Origin: Stylophora pistillata | Taxonomy: Eukaryota | Direction of reading: 5' to 3' | Length of the DNA: 55,073 bases | NCBI RefSeq assembly: GCF_002571385.2 | Contig: NW_019217967.1 | Location: 321,210 to 376,282, forward strand | Part shown: piece by piece, positions 1 through 11,400 of the stretch | How the letters are laid out: each line of letters starts with the position of its first letter | Position numbering within the stretch: the first letter of the stretch is position 1 | Made by a program: the position numbers and the translations under genes | The notes under the pieces: model-generated | Told to the model about the DNA's origin: nothing | What the model saw: only the letters and a program-made list of their open reading frames with translations | Database searches by the model: none

Positions 1-576
1 CCCCAATTAAAAACGTACCTTCCCTAATTTGTAGAAAAATAGTTGAAGGCTAGTTTGAAGCTTCCTCAACAGGCAGCAATCTTATCGAGAATCTCGCTCA
101 AAGACATGTCAGTCCCATATTCAAGATGCTTGGAAGTGATCGATAATTGTGAGAGCATTTTTGTGTCAGACATCGGAGGGGGGGGGGGAAATAACACGCA
201 TTGATCTTAAAGAATGTATACCACCTTGCTTCAGGAAATACTCGGAGTCATATCTTTGATTGAATTAGGCAAAAATAAATATATCTGTAACCCAATCTTA
301 CATTCTCCAGTGGCCTGATCACGGATGCATGTTACCCCACGCCTTCATCACGAAATCATGTTAATTTGAAAGCAAAAGTTATCAATAACCCGAAAGGCTT
401 TTTTTTTTTTCACTGAAACAAAAATCGACAAATAAATATGATGATTGCAAAAAATTTCGTCTTGATTTATTTAAGTTAATTTTTCCCCTAAATCTCGTTA
501 GGCAGAAAATAGTTCAGATTTTAAACACTATATAGTTTGACTTTCATGAAAGATAGCCCATGGTAGATCTATGCAA

Positions 577-1272
577 GGAGAGATTGTAATTGTAGGCGTT
601 TATCGCATAGAGGACATCGAGGTACTAAATCTGACACCAGACCCGTATAACTTTGATTGCAATACGATTTAATCTGATATCAAACACGTCAAACTAAAAC
701 ACAAACAAGAAAACCTAGTCTAAGCGACATTACAAGGAGCTAAACTAAAACCATAGTTATTACATCATAACAACACAAAGATCGAGCGCATAAACCCTAA
801 CAATAACCGATCAAATAATAAACGAAAACAACAAGGGGAGTGAAAAATACGCTTACCGATTGTCCACTCTGTACGCCTTATTAACCAGAAGTCGCAAATG
901 ATCGGAGATAACCTTATCGCAGATTACTCTACCGCACAAACTCCCATAAACTCTCCTTTTAGCAACAGCGCACGAGGCCACAACGCACGAGGTCGCGATA
1001 ATATCTCACTAAAACTTAATATTTAACTTAACGACAGTTACAGAGATATCTTATCGCCTGTTAGAGAACAAAACGAAAACCAAAAGAAAAAATACTTGGT
1101 TAAAAAAGAAAGGAAATCCTTCAATTCAGTGTTATTTATATCATTGCTATGTTGTGTGAGTAAAGAAAAAACTTTGGTTGAAAAAGAAAGGAAAATCTTC
1201 AGTTCAGTGTTATTTATATCATTGTTATATTGTGTGTATAGTTTCTGACCCGCACTGTAATTCAGCTCTGCC
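577..1272. mobile_element. Probable ~700-bp insertion in intron 1 of the left paralog
   Basis: Flanked by TGCAA (572-576, 1273-1277) with weak termini GGAGAG...CTCTGCC. The paralogous site near 13201-13225 reads gcccatggtagatctgtgcaaaag with no insert. Contains a ~77-bp internal duplication (about 1084-1237). Confidence 0.45.
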
Positions 1273-2536
1273 TGCAAAAGTGTTGATTAAACATATTTAT
1301 CCATCTATCTATTTTATTCTATTCTCTAAATATTATGGAGAAGTGTTTGCAAACTAGTCTGATAAGGTCTTTTTTCTCGATGAAGAGGAGGTGTTTCATT
1401 TAGGACTTTTCAGAAGCAAGCTCATTAAGAGTCTCTCTAAAAATGCTGTTCGCAAAGTAAATACAGTGGTATTTGATAACTTATGTCTCGTGAGGATTCT
1501 CATACCGGAAGAACCATAGCAGCCTCAAGAATGTTTATCACTTGATTAAGGAAACCGCAAAATTCGGAGTCATAACTTTGGTTGAATTGGATACAACAAA
1601 ATGTTACTTCAGTCATCGGTGGCCCAAACATGAATACATGCCAATACCGCAAAATAGCCGCAAGGTGAAAGCAGAGGTTAACATAATCAGTCAGTTTCTT
1701 CATTGAAGCAAACTAATGTAATAATAATGCTAATAATAAGAGTGAATAATAATAACTTGGTGATATTCATTGTTTGATTTCTTTTATTTTGTTATTTCAT
1801 TTTTTACATTAAATTAAGCTCTTTAAAAGGAAAGAAATTCAGATTTTAACTTCATTTGACGTTAACCTCTTTAGGAAATACCCTGAGGATAAGAGCCAAG
1901 GTATGTTGGGGTAGTATAAAATAACAACAAATCGAGTTTGAGCTAATGCAGATTATAGACGAAAGATAAAAGGCCCACTGTGACGCAGGAAATTACAATA
2001 GCGGGGGTCAAAACAGGGCATTTTTACAATAAAATCTGATTTCCCTTGCACGATTTCCGATTTCCTGTCGCACGAATACAAGACACCGCGTATCAGTATT
2101 ACGAAATTACCGTTAGATGAGAGCAGGTGTTTTGAATAACCCCAAAGTTACTTCACAGGGGCAAAAAAATAAATGAATAAAGTAAAAAGATCATTTCAAA
2201 ACATACATCCGGTGATTCTATCAGGGGTACTTTGTTCTAGAAAACACGTCATAAATAAGATAATCATTACTTCAATGTTATTGACCTCTTTAGAAAATAT
2301 GCTGTAGACACCGTCACATTCCAAGGTAAATGACACACAAATCGAATACAGTTATTGTGATATTTAAGCTTTGTTCTTCTTCAAAATCTTCTGCAACAGA
2401 ATCATATCTAAAGAGCGAGTCTACTCTCCATAGGACTCAGGGTTAGTCTGGAACAATTCGCTCTCCGTAGGCATGACGCAATGTTTGTTATTAAAAGCCT
2501 ATATGACAATGGCACTACGTGTAAACAATGACTTAC

Positions 2537-2795
2537 CAGAGGTGACAGCAGGCTTCTCTGGTGTGGGTGTATTGTCATGAAACCGTAACTTCTTTTCCAC
2601 AATTTTCACTACGTTTGTTTTGAGGTTAACGTCAATCCGCTGAATACGGTTTTTAAGTGCTCTCGAATTTTTGTACACAAATTCGAATCTCACAAACAGT
2701 AGTGACACGATAGCCAACGAAATCACAGATATCGCCAAGGACGTTCTGCTCATCTTGTCACATGATTTTGTGTCACTGTTTTTGTTCGCAGCCAT
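2537..2795 (-). CDS. Exon 1 (cytoplasmic tail, TM, neck) of a tandem paralog of the collagen-Ig-TLDc gene; remainder lies beyond the left edge of the window
   Basis: ATG at 2795, [39 protein letters not shown]...PAVTSG, phase-1 donor G|GTAAGT after 2537. Clearly homologous to exon 14562-14811, including flanking intron and upstream DNA. Confidence 0.8.
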
Positions 2796-4263
2796 TTCAA
2801 TTCGTTCGAGAGGACTGAGGTGGCACAATAACATAAGTTAAGGGTAAATTACCCTTTCGACACCTGTTCAGGGTACCTTTCTAGTCCAGAGTATCACTGA
2901 CGCAGTCGTCAAACTAGACAGATTAAGGAATACAACGCATTTTCCCGGGCTTTATAATATCATTAACAGCCACGGGGCATGGTGGGAAACTACAAATATA
3001 GCTTGAGAATCACGAGCCACAAGGCAAGCTTTTCGCGTTTTCTTTCGTCGTCTTAAATGACTTTATCACGTTATGAAATCCGGGAAATGAGTTATTATTG
3101 CTTTAATGCATATTTGTACATGGGATATAGCCAACTGTACAGTAAATTTATCACCCATTTTATGATCGAGTCGCTTATTCTCAATTAACCCGTCAAAACA
3201 TGAGTAACCAATCACGATGCTCGAACGAATATAAACAACCAGCGAGAACGAAAACGACTGGATCGATATATGAAATGGTCGCCATTATTCACGCAGAAAT
3301 CATAGAAAAACTAAAGAGAAGTGACAGTAAACAAAACAACGGCATGAACTAAAATTTAATACTGTGTGCTGTTTAAATTTGGACGAGGAAGCTTTAACTT
3401 CGGGGCAAAATAGCACTGGTAATGCAACAGTGAAGTAAAACATACGGAACGTTTGCAAACCCGAACCGTACGTTGGTTTTTCTATGATAAGAAAGGTTAT
3501 TTTAGCTTGATTCCTAACTTTACGAACTTCTAAATACCCAGTGCACTGTAAAAAATGGAGAGCAGCAAAAATCAAAATACAGCAACTAAACCGTGTACTT
3601 AGTATAAAGGGGTATACGTTATCTAGTTCCCCCCCTCCCCTTTCAAGGCAGCGTGGCTTTATCAACTAAGTTTGTGGCGTGAATAGGCCACGGTCTAATT
3701 ATTCGGGTACCAAGTACCTAGTGACCGGTTGTTTTTTACTTTAGTGACCCAGAGGACGTGACAGGTTCTTCTCTAATCGGAAAACGTTTTTGCCGTTGTA
3801 CCTCAAACTGTGCATCCGGTTGATCTTCCCAACCTTGTTATGGCATATTTTAAAAGTAGTTTTGTCTGACCGTACGCTAGCATTATAAGATAGCGAACTT
3901 GTTGTTGTTTGCGTGGATTTGGAGAAATAAGTTGATCCTTTCTGGTCAGGCAGACTGTATGTGATTATCGTGACCCTTACAATAAAATTTGTTGCGTCCG
4001 TTACCTGTTCGTTCCGTTTGGGTTTTCAATATGGGGTGTTTGATTCCTAACAGAGCTTCCACGAGAAGGAAGCTTAGAAACTTCTAATCGTTTAAATTTA
4101 AGGCTTGTATTTTCGGGTCGAGAGTTCATGAATTGTTTATGTTTTATCTTGGGCTTCTTGGTTTAACATGATTGTTTCAATCACTTGTTTTCGATAAGAG
4201 AAACTGAGTATATTTTCAGATTTTGACGCTTTTTGGTGAGTGAGCCGAGAATTAAGATATCTT

Positions 4264-4514
4264 NNNNNNNNNNNNNNNNNNNNNNNNNNNNNNNNNNNNN
4301 NNNNNNNNNNNNNNNNNNNNNNNNNNNNNNNNNNNNNNNNNNNNNNNNNNNNNNNNNNNNNNNNNNNNNNNNNNNNNNNNNNNNNNNNNNNNNNNNNNNN
4401 NNNNNNNNNNNNNNNNNNNNNNNNNNNNNNNNNNNNNNNNNNNNNNNNNNNNNNNNNNNNNNNNNNNNNNNNNNNNNNNNNNNNNNNNNNNNNNNNNNNN
4501 NNNNNNNNNNNNNN
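4264..4514. other. Assembly gap
   Basis: Run of 251 N. Confidence 0.99.
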
Positions 4515-4771
4515 TTACCCGGCATTCCCTTCCCTCCCGCTCGCCGCTATGATCTATTCCCCTAGCTGTTCTTTCATGCCTTCTCGGTAATCCGTTCCGC
4601 TCATGCTGCACCTGCTTGCATATAGGAAAAGCCTATCGGCCAGTGTCCATTTACGGCTTTACACTCCCAATAGAATTCCTGCCTAACTGAACATATCATG
4701 TGGCTCTTTTAAGGAGAAGAGACTGACGACAACATATTTGTTTTCAGATTTAATTTTTTCACACTGTTTTA

Positions 4772-5260
4772 TTTATTTTACATTACTTTTCACACATATG
4801 TTCAGATACATTCAGAGAAAAAAAAAAACAAAGCTCGTGACATGGGGAAGTATCAAGAGGGAGTCCCAATTGACAACTGCTCCTATGTTGTGTCTCGCAC
4901 TTGCCTTCCAGCGTTCCTAAATTTGTTCTCGAAAAGAAACATGGGAGTTAATACAAGAAAATCAAAGAGTTATACAATTAGAATTTTGCTATCTTTGTCA
5001 TTATAGTATGCTCGTTTATTTTACATCATTGTTCACACAGATGTTGAAATACATTCAGAGAAAAAAAAAATTCGTAACAAGGGGCAGTATCAAGATGAAG
5101 TCCAAATTCACATCTGTTCCCACGTTGTGTCTCACACTTGCGTTCAGACTTTCCTAAATTTGTCTATGAAATGAAACGTTAGAATAATATAATTACAAGT
5201 TTAGCGAATCAAAGAGCTATACAATTCGAATTTTGTTATCTTTATCATTACTTTATGCTG
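4772..5260. repeat. Diverged tandem duplication of ~245 bp downstream of the TLDc gene stop
   Basis: Two copies beginning tttattttacat...tacattcagagaaaaaaaa...agtatcaaga...ttgtgtctc at about 4772 and 5016. Each carries AATAAA on the minus strand. Confidence 0.8.
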
Positions 5261-5466
5261 ACTAAGACCATATCTTAATTTTCACTCTGCAGGGGCGTAA
5301 CTAGGAAGGGGAAAAAGTTTTTATAAAATGTATCAATACAAATGATCCTATTTGGATGATATAGAACAGGAGAGTACCATTACATAAACATTCGTATAAC
5401 ATATCTATCCCACTATAATAGTAACATAGAAATATTGAATGTTATCGTGGCTTCAACTCGTTTTCA

Positions 5467-8400
5467 TTAGTCGGTTTTTTCATATAAGACTTCAACCTCG
5501 TTTGGTGAGAAATATTCACTTCCTGCCATGAATGTGTTGGTGAAGTCGGAGTCAGGACTTTGACCTTTGGGTGCGCTGTAGGACATTCCGATGTGTGCAT
5601 AGGATTTTTTACCCAGGTGAGCGTTGTCTACAATTGTAAGATCGCTTCCTGAACCAAATACTGGTCCATTTCTGTCACAAGACATCATAGAAAATCCGAT
5701 GGGACTGTCATATCCGAGTTGGGGCAGTTTCGTTGGTCCCCAGCCAGGCTTGTTTACTAGTGAAAACATGAACGATGTTGGACTGTGCACTCGTCCACAA
5801 TAACCTTTTTTAGCTGAAAAGTGAAATTGTAAGAAAAAGTTATTGTAAATTATTTGTTAAGTGAGATGAATTAACTAGAATAATTATAAAAGGATAGCAA
5901 CGAAAATGCATCAACAACCGATAGGATATACTCAAACAACACCCGAAAAAAAAATTAAACCAAAGAGTTATGTGACGGTATGAAGTTAGATAAAATCCAG
6001 CATTTGAAATTTCTAATTTCTGTCTTGTTATGTGCTTCAAACAAAGTTGACTCGGTGTTGTTTGCTCGCCAGAAATGTTAAATTAATCAGAATAATTCTT
6101 CGCAAAAAAGATAGGGAGGCAAGATAATTTTAAACAATAGAGACAAAACATCGTCATGTTGGCCAGTATTTAGTTTGTTCAGTATGATTTAATACTCATT
6201 CTTATGTAATTAGGATGTGGTTACTATATGAGTTCGAATTCTGAAGTCATTTAAGATTAAACTATCGCGATAAGTTTCGTTACTGTGTCTGTCTTATTTA
6301 ACTCCCGTTAGTGGAGGAGTGTAGTTTGTCTGCAGACCTTCATTTGGACCAACGCGAAAGTTATTGTTTTGTGTCTGTCTTATTTAACTCCCGTTAGTGG
6401 AGGAGTGTAGTTTGTCTGCAGACCTTCATTTGGACCAACGCGAAAGTTATTGTTTTGTGTCTGTCTTATTTAACTCCCGTTAGTGGAGGAGTGTAGTTTG
6501 TCTGCAGACCTTTATTTGGACCCACGCGAAAGTTATTGTTTTGTGTCTGTCTTATTTAACTCCCATTAGTGGAGGAGTGTAGTTTGTCTGCAGACCTTTA
6601 TTTAACTCCCGTTAGTGGAGGACTGTAATTTGTCTGCAGACCTTCATTTGGACCCACGCGAAAGTTATTGTTTTGGGTTACTGTGTCAGAGGTTGACTTG
6701 GTTGATCGGAAGCACTGATTATGGTGTTTTTTACTTAGTGAACAGAATTGAGCAGCAATACTGAGTCCAAAAGTGAGAACACAGAATTCGGAGGAAGCAG
6801 TACAACACAGAATTCAGTTGGGGAAGAGAACATGAAGAGATTTATCTCAGTTAAGAGTCAGACAACAAGAGTTACACAGAGTGAAAATAGATTGATGCAA
6901 GTAGAATCGATTTTGTATTTGAGAACCGATACATAAAAGAAGAACAGTTAAAGACAGCTCGATAGTTTGGGGCGACTTTCGCCAGGTGGGTGCGGTCTGC
7001 TGCCATTTCCTATAACATTGCGACCCAAAATACTTGAAAAGTTTCGTCGTAGCAATCAAACTAATCAACAAAATAAGAATACTTCTGAAAAAAAAAGAAC
7101 ACCTCATATAAATTTCAACCACTCCCGTTTAAACAAGAAGGCGCGCTATATAAGTAAGTCTTCCCTGGGAAGACCTAGGCTCATTTGTCACTCACCGTTG
7201 ACGTGTGCGGGTCAAATTTAAGTGCTGGTAGACGAACAAAAGGAGTTAATGAGATATCTATTGTTTACTTCCACCAGCATGGTAGCATGAGGTAACGTGC
7301 GAACCACCTACTTCGATCTCAAATTTACCGCCACAAATAAAGACAGTTTCCATTGGAGAGAGGAAATAGAAATCTCAAAAATTCTTGTATTGTGATGAGG
7401 ACATAAAACAATTTTGAGGAATGCGCCAGCTGTTCACTGCTTTGGAGTAGCTGTAGCTCAAGCTGACTTGACTCTAAGAGTTTTACATCACACGACGGTT
7501 GATTGACAAATGGTCTAGTGGGACATAAGGCTCATTTTATAGCGCGCCTTCGTGTTTAAGTGAGCTTTTTTAACCCATGAAATTTAAGATAAAACTCATT
7601 AACTTTTTCTCTGCCCTTACTGACAATCAATTCAGAGGAACAAGTTTTGCAGGCAAATAAAGCAGAGAGCACCACCTATCAAACATCAAACAATTACACT
7701 AGAATGTTTTGCCAAAGGATTTTGAAAACCTCCTGTTTTTAATTCGAAGTTTTCCTTCTTGTAGTCTAAAGAACCAGCTCAAAACGTTTTAAAAACATTT
7801 CAGAGTAGGTTGAATATAAAAAGAGTGATTGCGGCTTACATTGGCTTACCTTAGCACCTGCCATACATGTTTTGTTAGGTCTACAAACTCATATTCTAAT
7901 TCGCAAGGGTTTGACTCACTAACGCGAAAAAGGAACTTAAAAGAGACCTTGAAGATCGTTACTTACGATGTCTTTTCCATGATACACCAGCGTATCCACC
8001 AAAGATGTAAACTCCAACACGGACAATTACCAAAGTCGGCCCTTTGTTATCACACAATTGGTGGAATTTAGAGCCTTCCCAACCATGTTTTGATGCCTTC
8101 CAACAGGTAACCCAGGAAGAGGTTCTGCTCCTTACAACAGGGTATAACCATTTGTTTAGGGCTATGATGTGAGTTTCATTGTTTCCAATTATGCTTGATT
8201 GTCCCGCAACTAAAGATGAAAGAGAAATACAGTAAGACCTGAGGTTAGAAATAAGTTTAGGTTCCATGCAGTCCCTGGGTTTAATTACTAGAAATGATTG
8301 TGCGAGTTTGGTTCCCGGTAAATAAAGCATTAAAGGCCTACTTGCCCACCAAAAAATCTAGCTGCATTTCCTTAGAGGTGTACTTTTGTGTGCTATGTGT

Positions 8401-11400
8401 ACATTTTTGTGTACATTTTTGAGTATATTTCCTTTAGAGGTGTACTTTTGCGTACTATGGCACTATGAAAATTTGAGGAGAGAGTAACTTTTGTGTCACA
8501 TGCAGTTTACGCTCTACATTAAAAAATAAAACTGAAAGAGTAATACCAAACGATCTTGCAAACACTGAGGCTATTTCTTGCACCATTCCAAAGCTGTTTG
8601 TAGCGCGACAAATGTAATCCGTCCCTTGAGCGCTCTCTCTATCCATATCAATTAAAAGGCATCCAAATTCCTGAGGGTGTGGTATCATGACAGACGTGTT
8701 CTCAGGTTGGTACCATTCAACTTTTGGACGGGGGTTTCCTTTCACCTTGCAGCACAGGCTTACATTTGTTCCTCGATCATGAATGGCCAGCTTTGGCGGC
8801 CTTTTGGTAAATTTAGGTGGTTCTAGAGGAAAAAAATATCATACTCAAAAGAGGATTGACGATTGTTTTATTAAAAGATAATCATTTCTAGGTACGATGA
8901 TTTCTTTTATTTTGTTATTTCATGCGTGACCGTATTACTGTGATTTTCAAGTTTCTTATCAAAGTGGATAATTACAGCCATCAAAGAGAAAGAAAATCCC
9001 TCAAGAAAATTAAATTTATTACACACTTTCCCCAGTTGATTTAAAAATACATCATAAGGAATCTACGTTGTCTTTCGAAAAAAACCAGAGGCGACAGACA
9101 TAAAAATTGTTCAGAGCTTAAGAGGGCTGTAAAAAACATGGTATACGCGAATTTTAGCTACTTTATTGCATAACTTTTAAATTAAGGGGATGGACGACGT
9201 GCTTAGCTTGTTAAGTAAAGGGTGAAGAATGAGTAAACAAGACATGCATGACCACGGATTTCACCGAGATAAAAATGCTTTATTCTATTTTTACCCAACT
9301 TTACTTTCCATGCAGGAAATAATGAATTGTGTACTATGGAAAAAGCTGATAATGGCATATTTTAGCACTCCTTTCTCTGGGTTTCATTTATTGTCTTGTA
9401 ATTTGCAGAAAATTAACAACTGTGACGCTTGGATTAGTTTAGGAGTGTTGATAACTCCTCAGGCTTTGGAAGCCGCCTTCTTTAGTTTTCAAATTACTGA
9501 AAATGAAACTGGAGAATGCACAAATGCTAAAGATCCCACCTTTTATTTCCAACCTGCTGATTGCTTTGAACGCTCCAGAGCGAGCCGTACATATGTAATC
9601 CCCAGCATGTGACTTTTGTACCTTTTTGATTAAGAGCATGTGATTGCCTATTTGAACACCACGAGACAAAGAGCCACCAGGCTTCTGCCATGTTATCTTC
9701 CAAGGCGACCGACCTTCAACCCAGCAGTACAATATTACTTTCTCATTGAGGAAGACTGCCTGGGAATGTGGATAAACGGCAATTCTCGGTTGAGTGATGC
9801 ATTCTCCTTTTGGTCCATTCATACCTCTCAGTCCCCTCTGGCCTTTGTCCCCATTCGAGCCATCGGATCCAGCGATGCCAGGAGAACCCATGGAACCAAC
9901 GTCTCCTTTAACTCCGAGTTGTCCAGGAGACCCTTTGTCACCTTTGTCGCCTTTTAGTCCCTTAGGTCCAACGGCTCCTTGGCTGCCATTCTTGCCCGAA
10001 GGCCCAATAGGACCCAATGGCCCTGGTGGACCGGTTAATCCAGGAGGACCTCGTGGTCCAATCTGGCAACTATCGTTGTTAACGCTGCAGAACTGTTTGA
10101 ATTTCTTGTCGATTTCATTGTGGACTCTCTTCCAAGTTACTGACCCAGAATTAGTATCTCTCCGCTCTCTTTGATGATCGTACTTTGCTGAAACCACACT
10201 TATCTCTTTGCTTTCAGAACCTGACAAATAAACGATTATAAAAAAAGATGGTATTTATCTTGTCACGAGCGTAGGGCAACACGCGATCATATTTATTTAT
10301 TATTGAGGCCAGATGACATAACCGTTTCCTTCAATTTCAGACTTTTCTTTTCAATCTTATTTTGTTACGGTTTTTTGTTTTTTTCCACTTCGACGGTGAC
10401 AGTGACTCCGACAGGACTCCCTCTTTTCCCTATTCAAAGAGTCTGTTCGGGAAAAATCCTTAAAGAGCTATGCGCTCATCACCGAACTAAACATTTGTGA
10501 TTACCCAAGAAGTAGGATCATACTGGAAAAAATGTCCTAAGATATTTTGAAATGTGAAAAGCAGACACATCTGACCTGTTCCTTTATCAATTCAATCGAT
10601 ATTTACGTTCTGAAATAGAGGAATAGCTGAAAAGAATAAAGTTATTTAAAACAAAAGAGATATAAGTAAAGGATGTGCAAAGGGATATCATATCATTAAG
10701 GCGAGTCATTGCGGGAGATCAGAAAAAGAAAACTGTTAAAAAAAAAAACATGTAAAGGAAAAACCACTTTTGAATACTTTAAAATATATTAAAATAGCTG
10801 GAGGCTTATGAAAAATGGTACTTCGTTTCCATCAAGATACTTTTTAGAGGGGAAAACCTCTTGAGCATTATGCTAAAAACATTATTCTCAAGATGAAAAT
10901 ATTAGGAAGACTTCAGTGACAATTCTTGTTTCGTGAGAATTTTCGAGCAAAAAATTCGGCGGGATCACCAAAGAATCTATACCACCTTGATTCAGGAAAT
11001 GCTCCTTGTCAAAACTGTAATCGCATTAAGTACAACCATATATATTTTTAGCTAATCTTGCATTCCAAGGTAACCTGACCACGAATAACGGTCGCGCCTC
11101 GTCAATACCACCAAGTTACCGGAAAAGTGAGAGCAGAAGCTTTAAATAACTTCTACGTAAAGATTATGACAACTCTTTGATTAAATGATTCACTTTTATT
11201 TCCTCTCTCCCACGAGGCTCGTAAAACAGGAAATTAGTCAGACCTTAATTAATGCGAAGTAATGTTGACCTCTGAAAAATACGCTGTGGATAAGAGCCAA
11301 GGTATATCCCTGTAAAATAAGATAACATCAAATCGAGTTGAAGTAAAGAACAGATTCAAGACTTATGGCCGGAATCAAAACTTAAACCGGGCGATTTGAT

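Larger units (their letters stand above)
1..3800. repeat. Segmental duplication copy, homologous to about 12230-15625
   Basis: Collinear shared blocks: 23-100 with 12251-12350, 1400-2050 with 13245-14080, 2280-2800 with 14310-14815, 2850-3215 with 14850-15230, 3710-3800 with 15345-15625. Confidence 0.85.

Noticed and set aside
4181-4611. ORFs spanning the N run (also 36457-36846 and 48965-49240 in part)
   Set aside because: Open only because N codons contain no stops.
6284-6674. CRISPR-like or ribozyme-repeat reading of the 86-bp array
   Set aside because: Units are contiguous with no unique spacers, no cas genes, eukaryotic intron context, and no CTGANGA core.
9640-10174. Plus-strand Pro/Gly-rich ORFs
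   Set aside because: Antisense shadows of the collagen exon.
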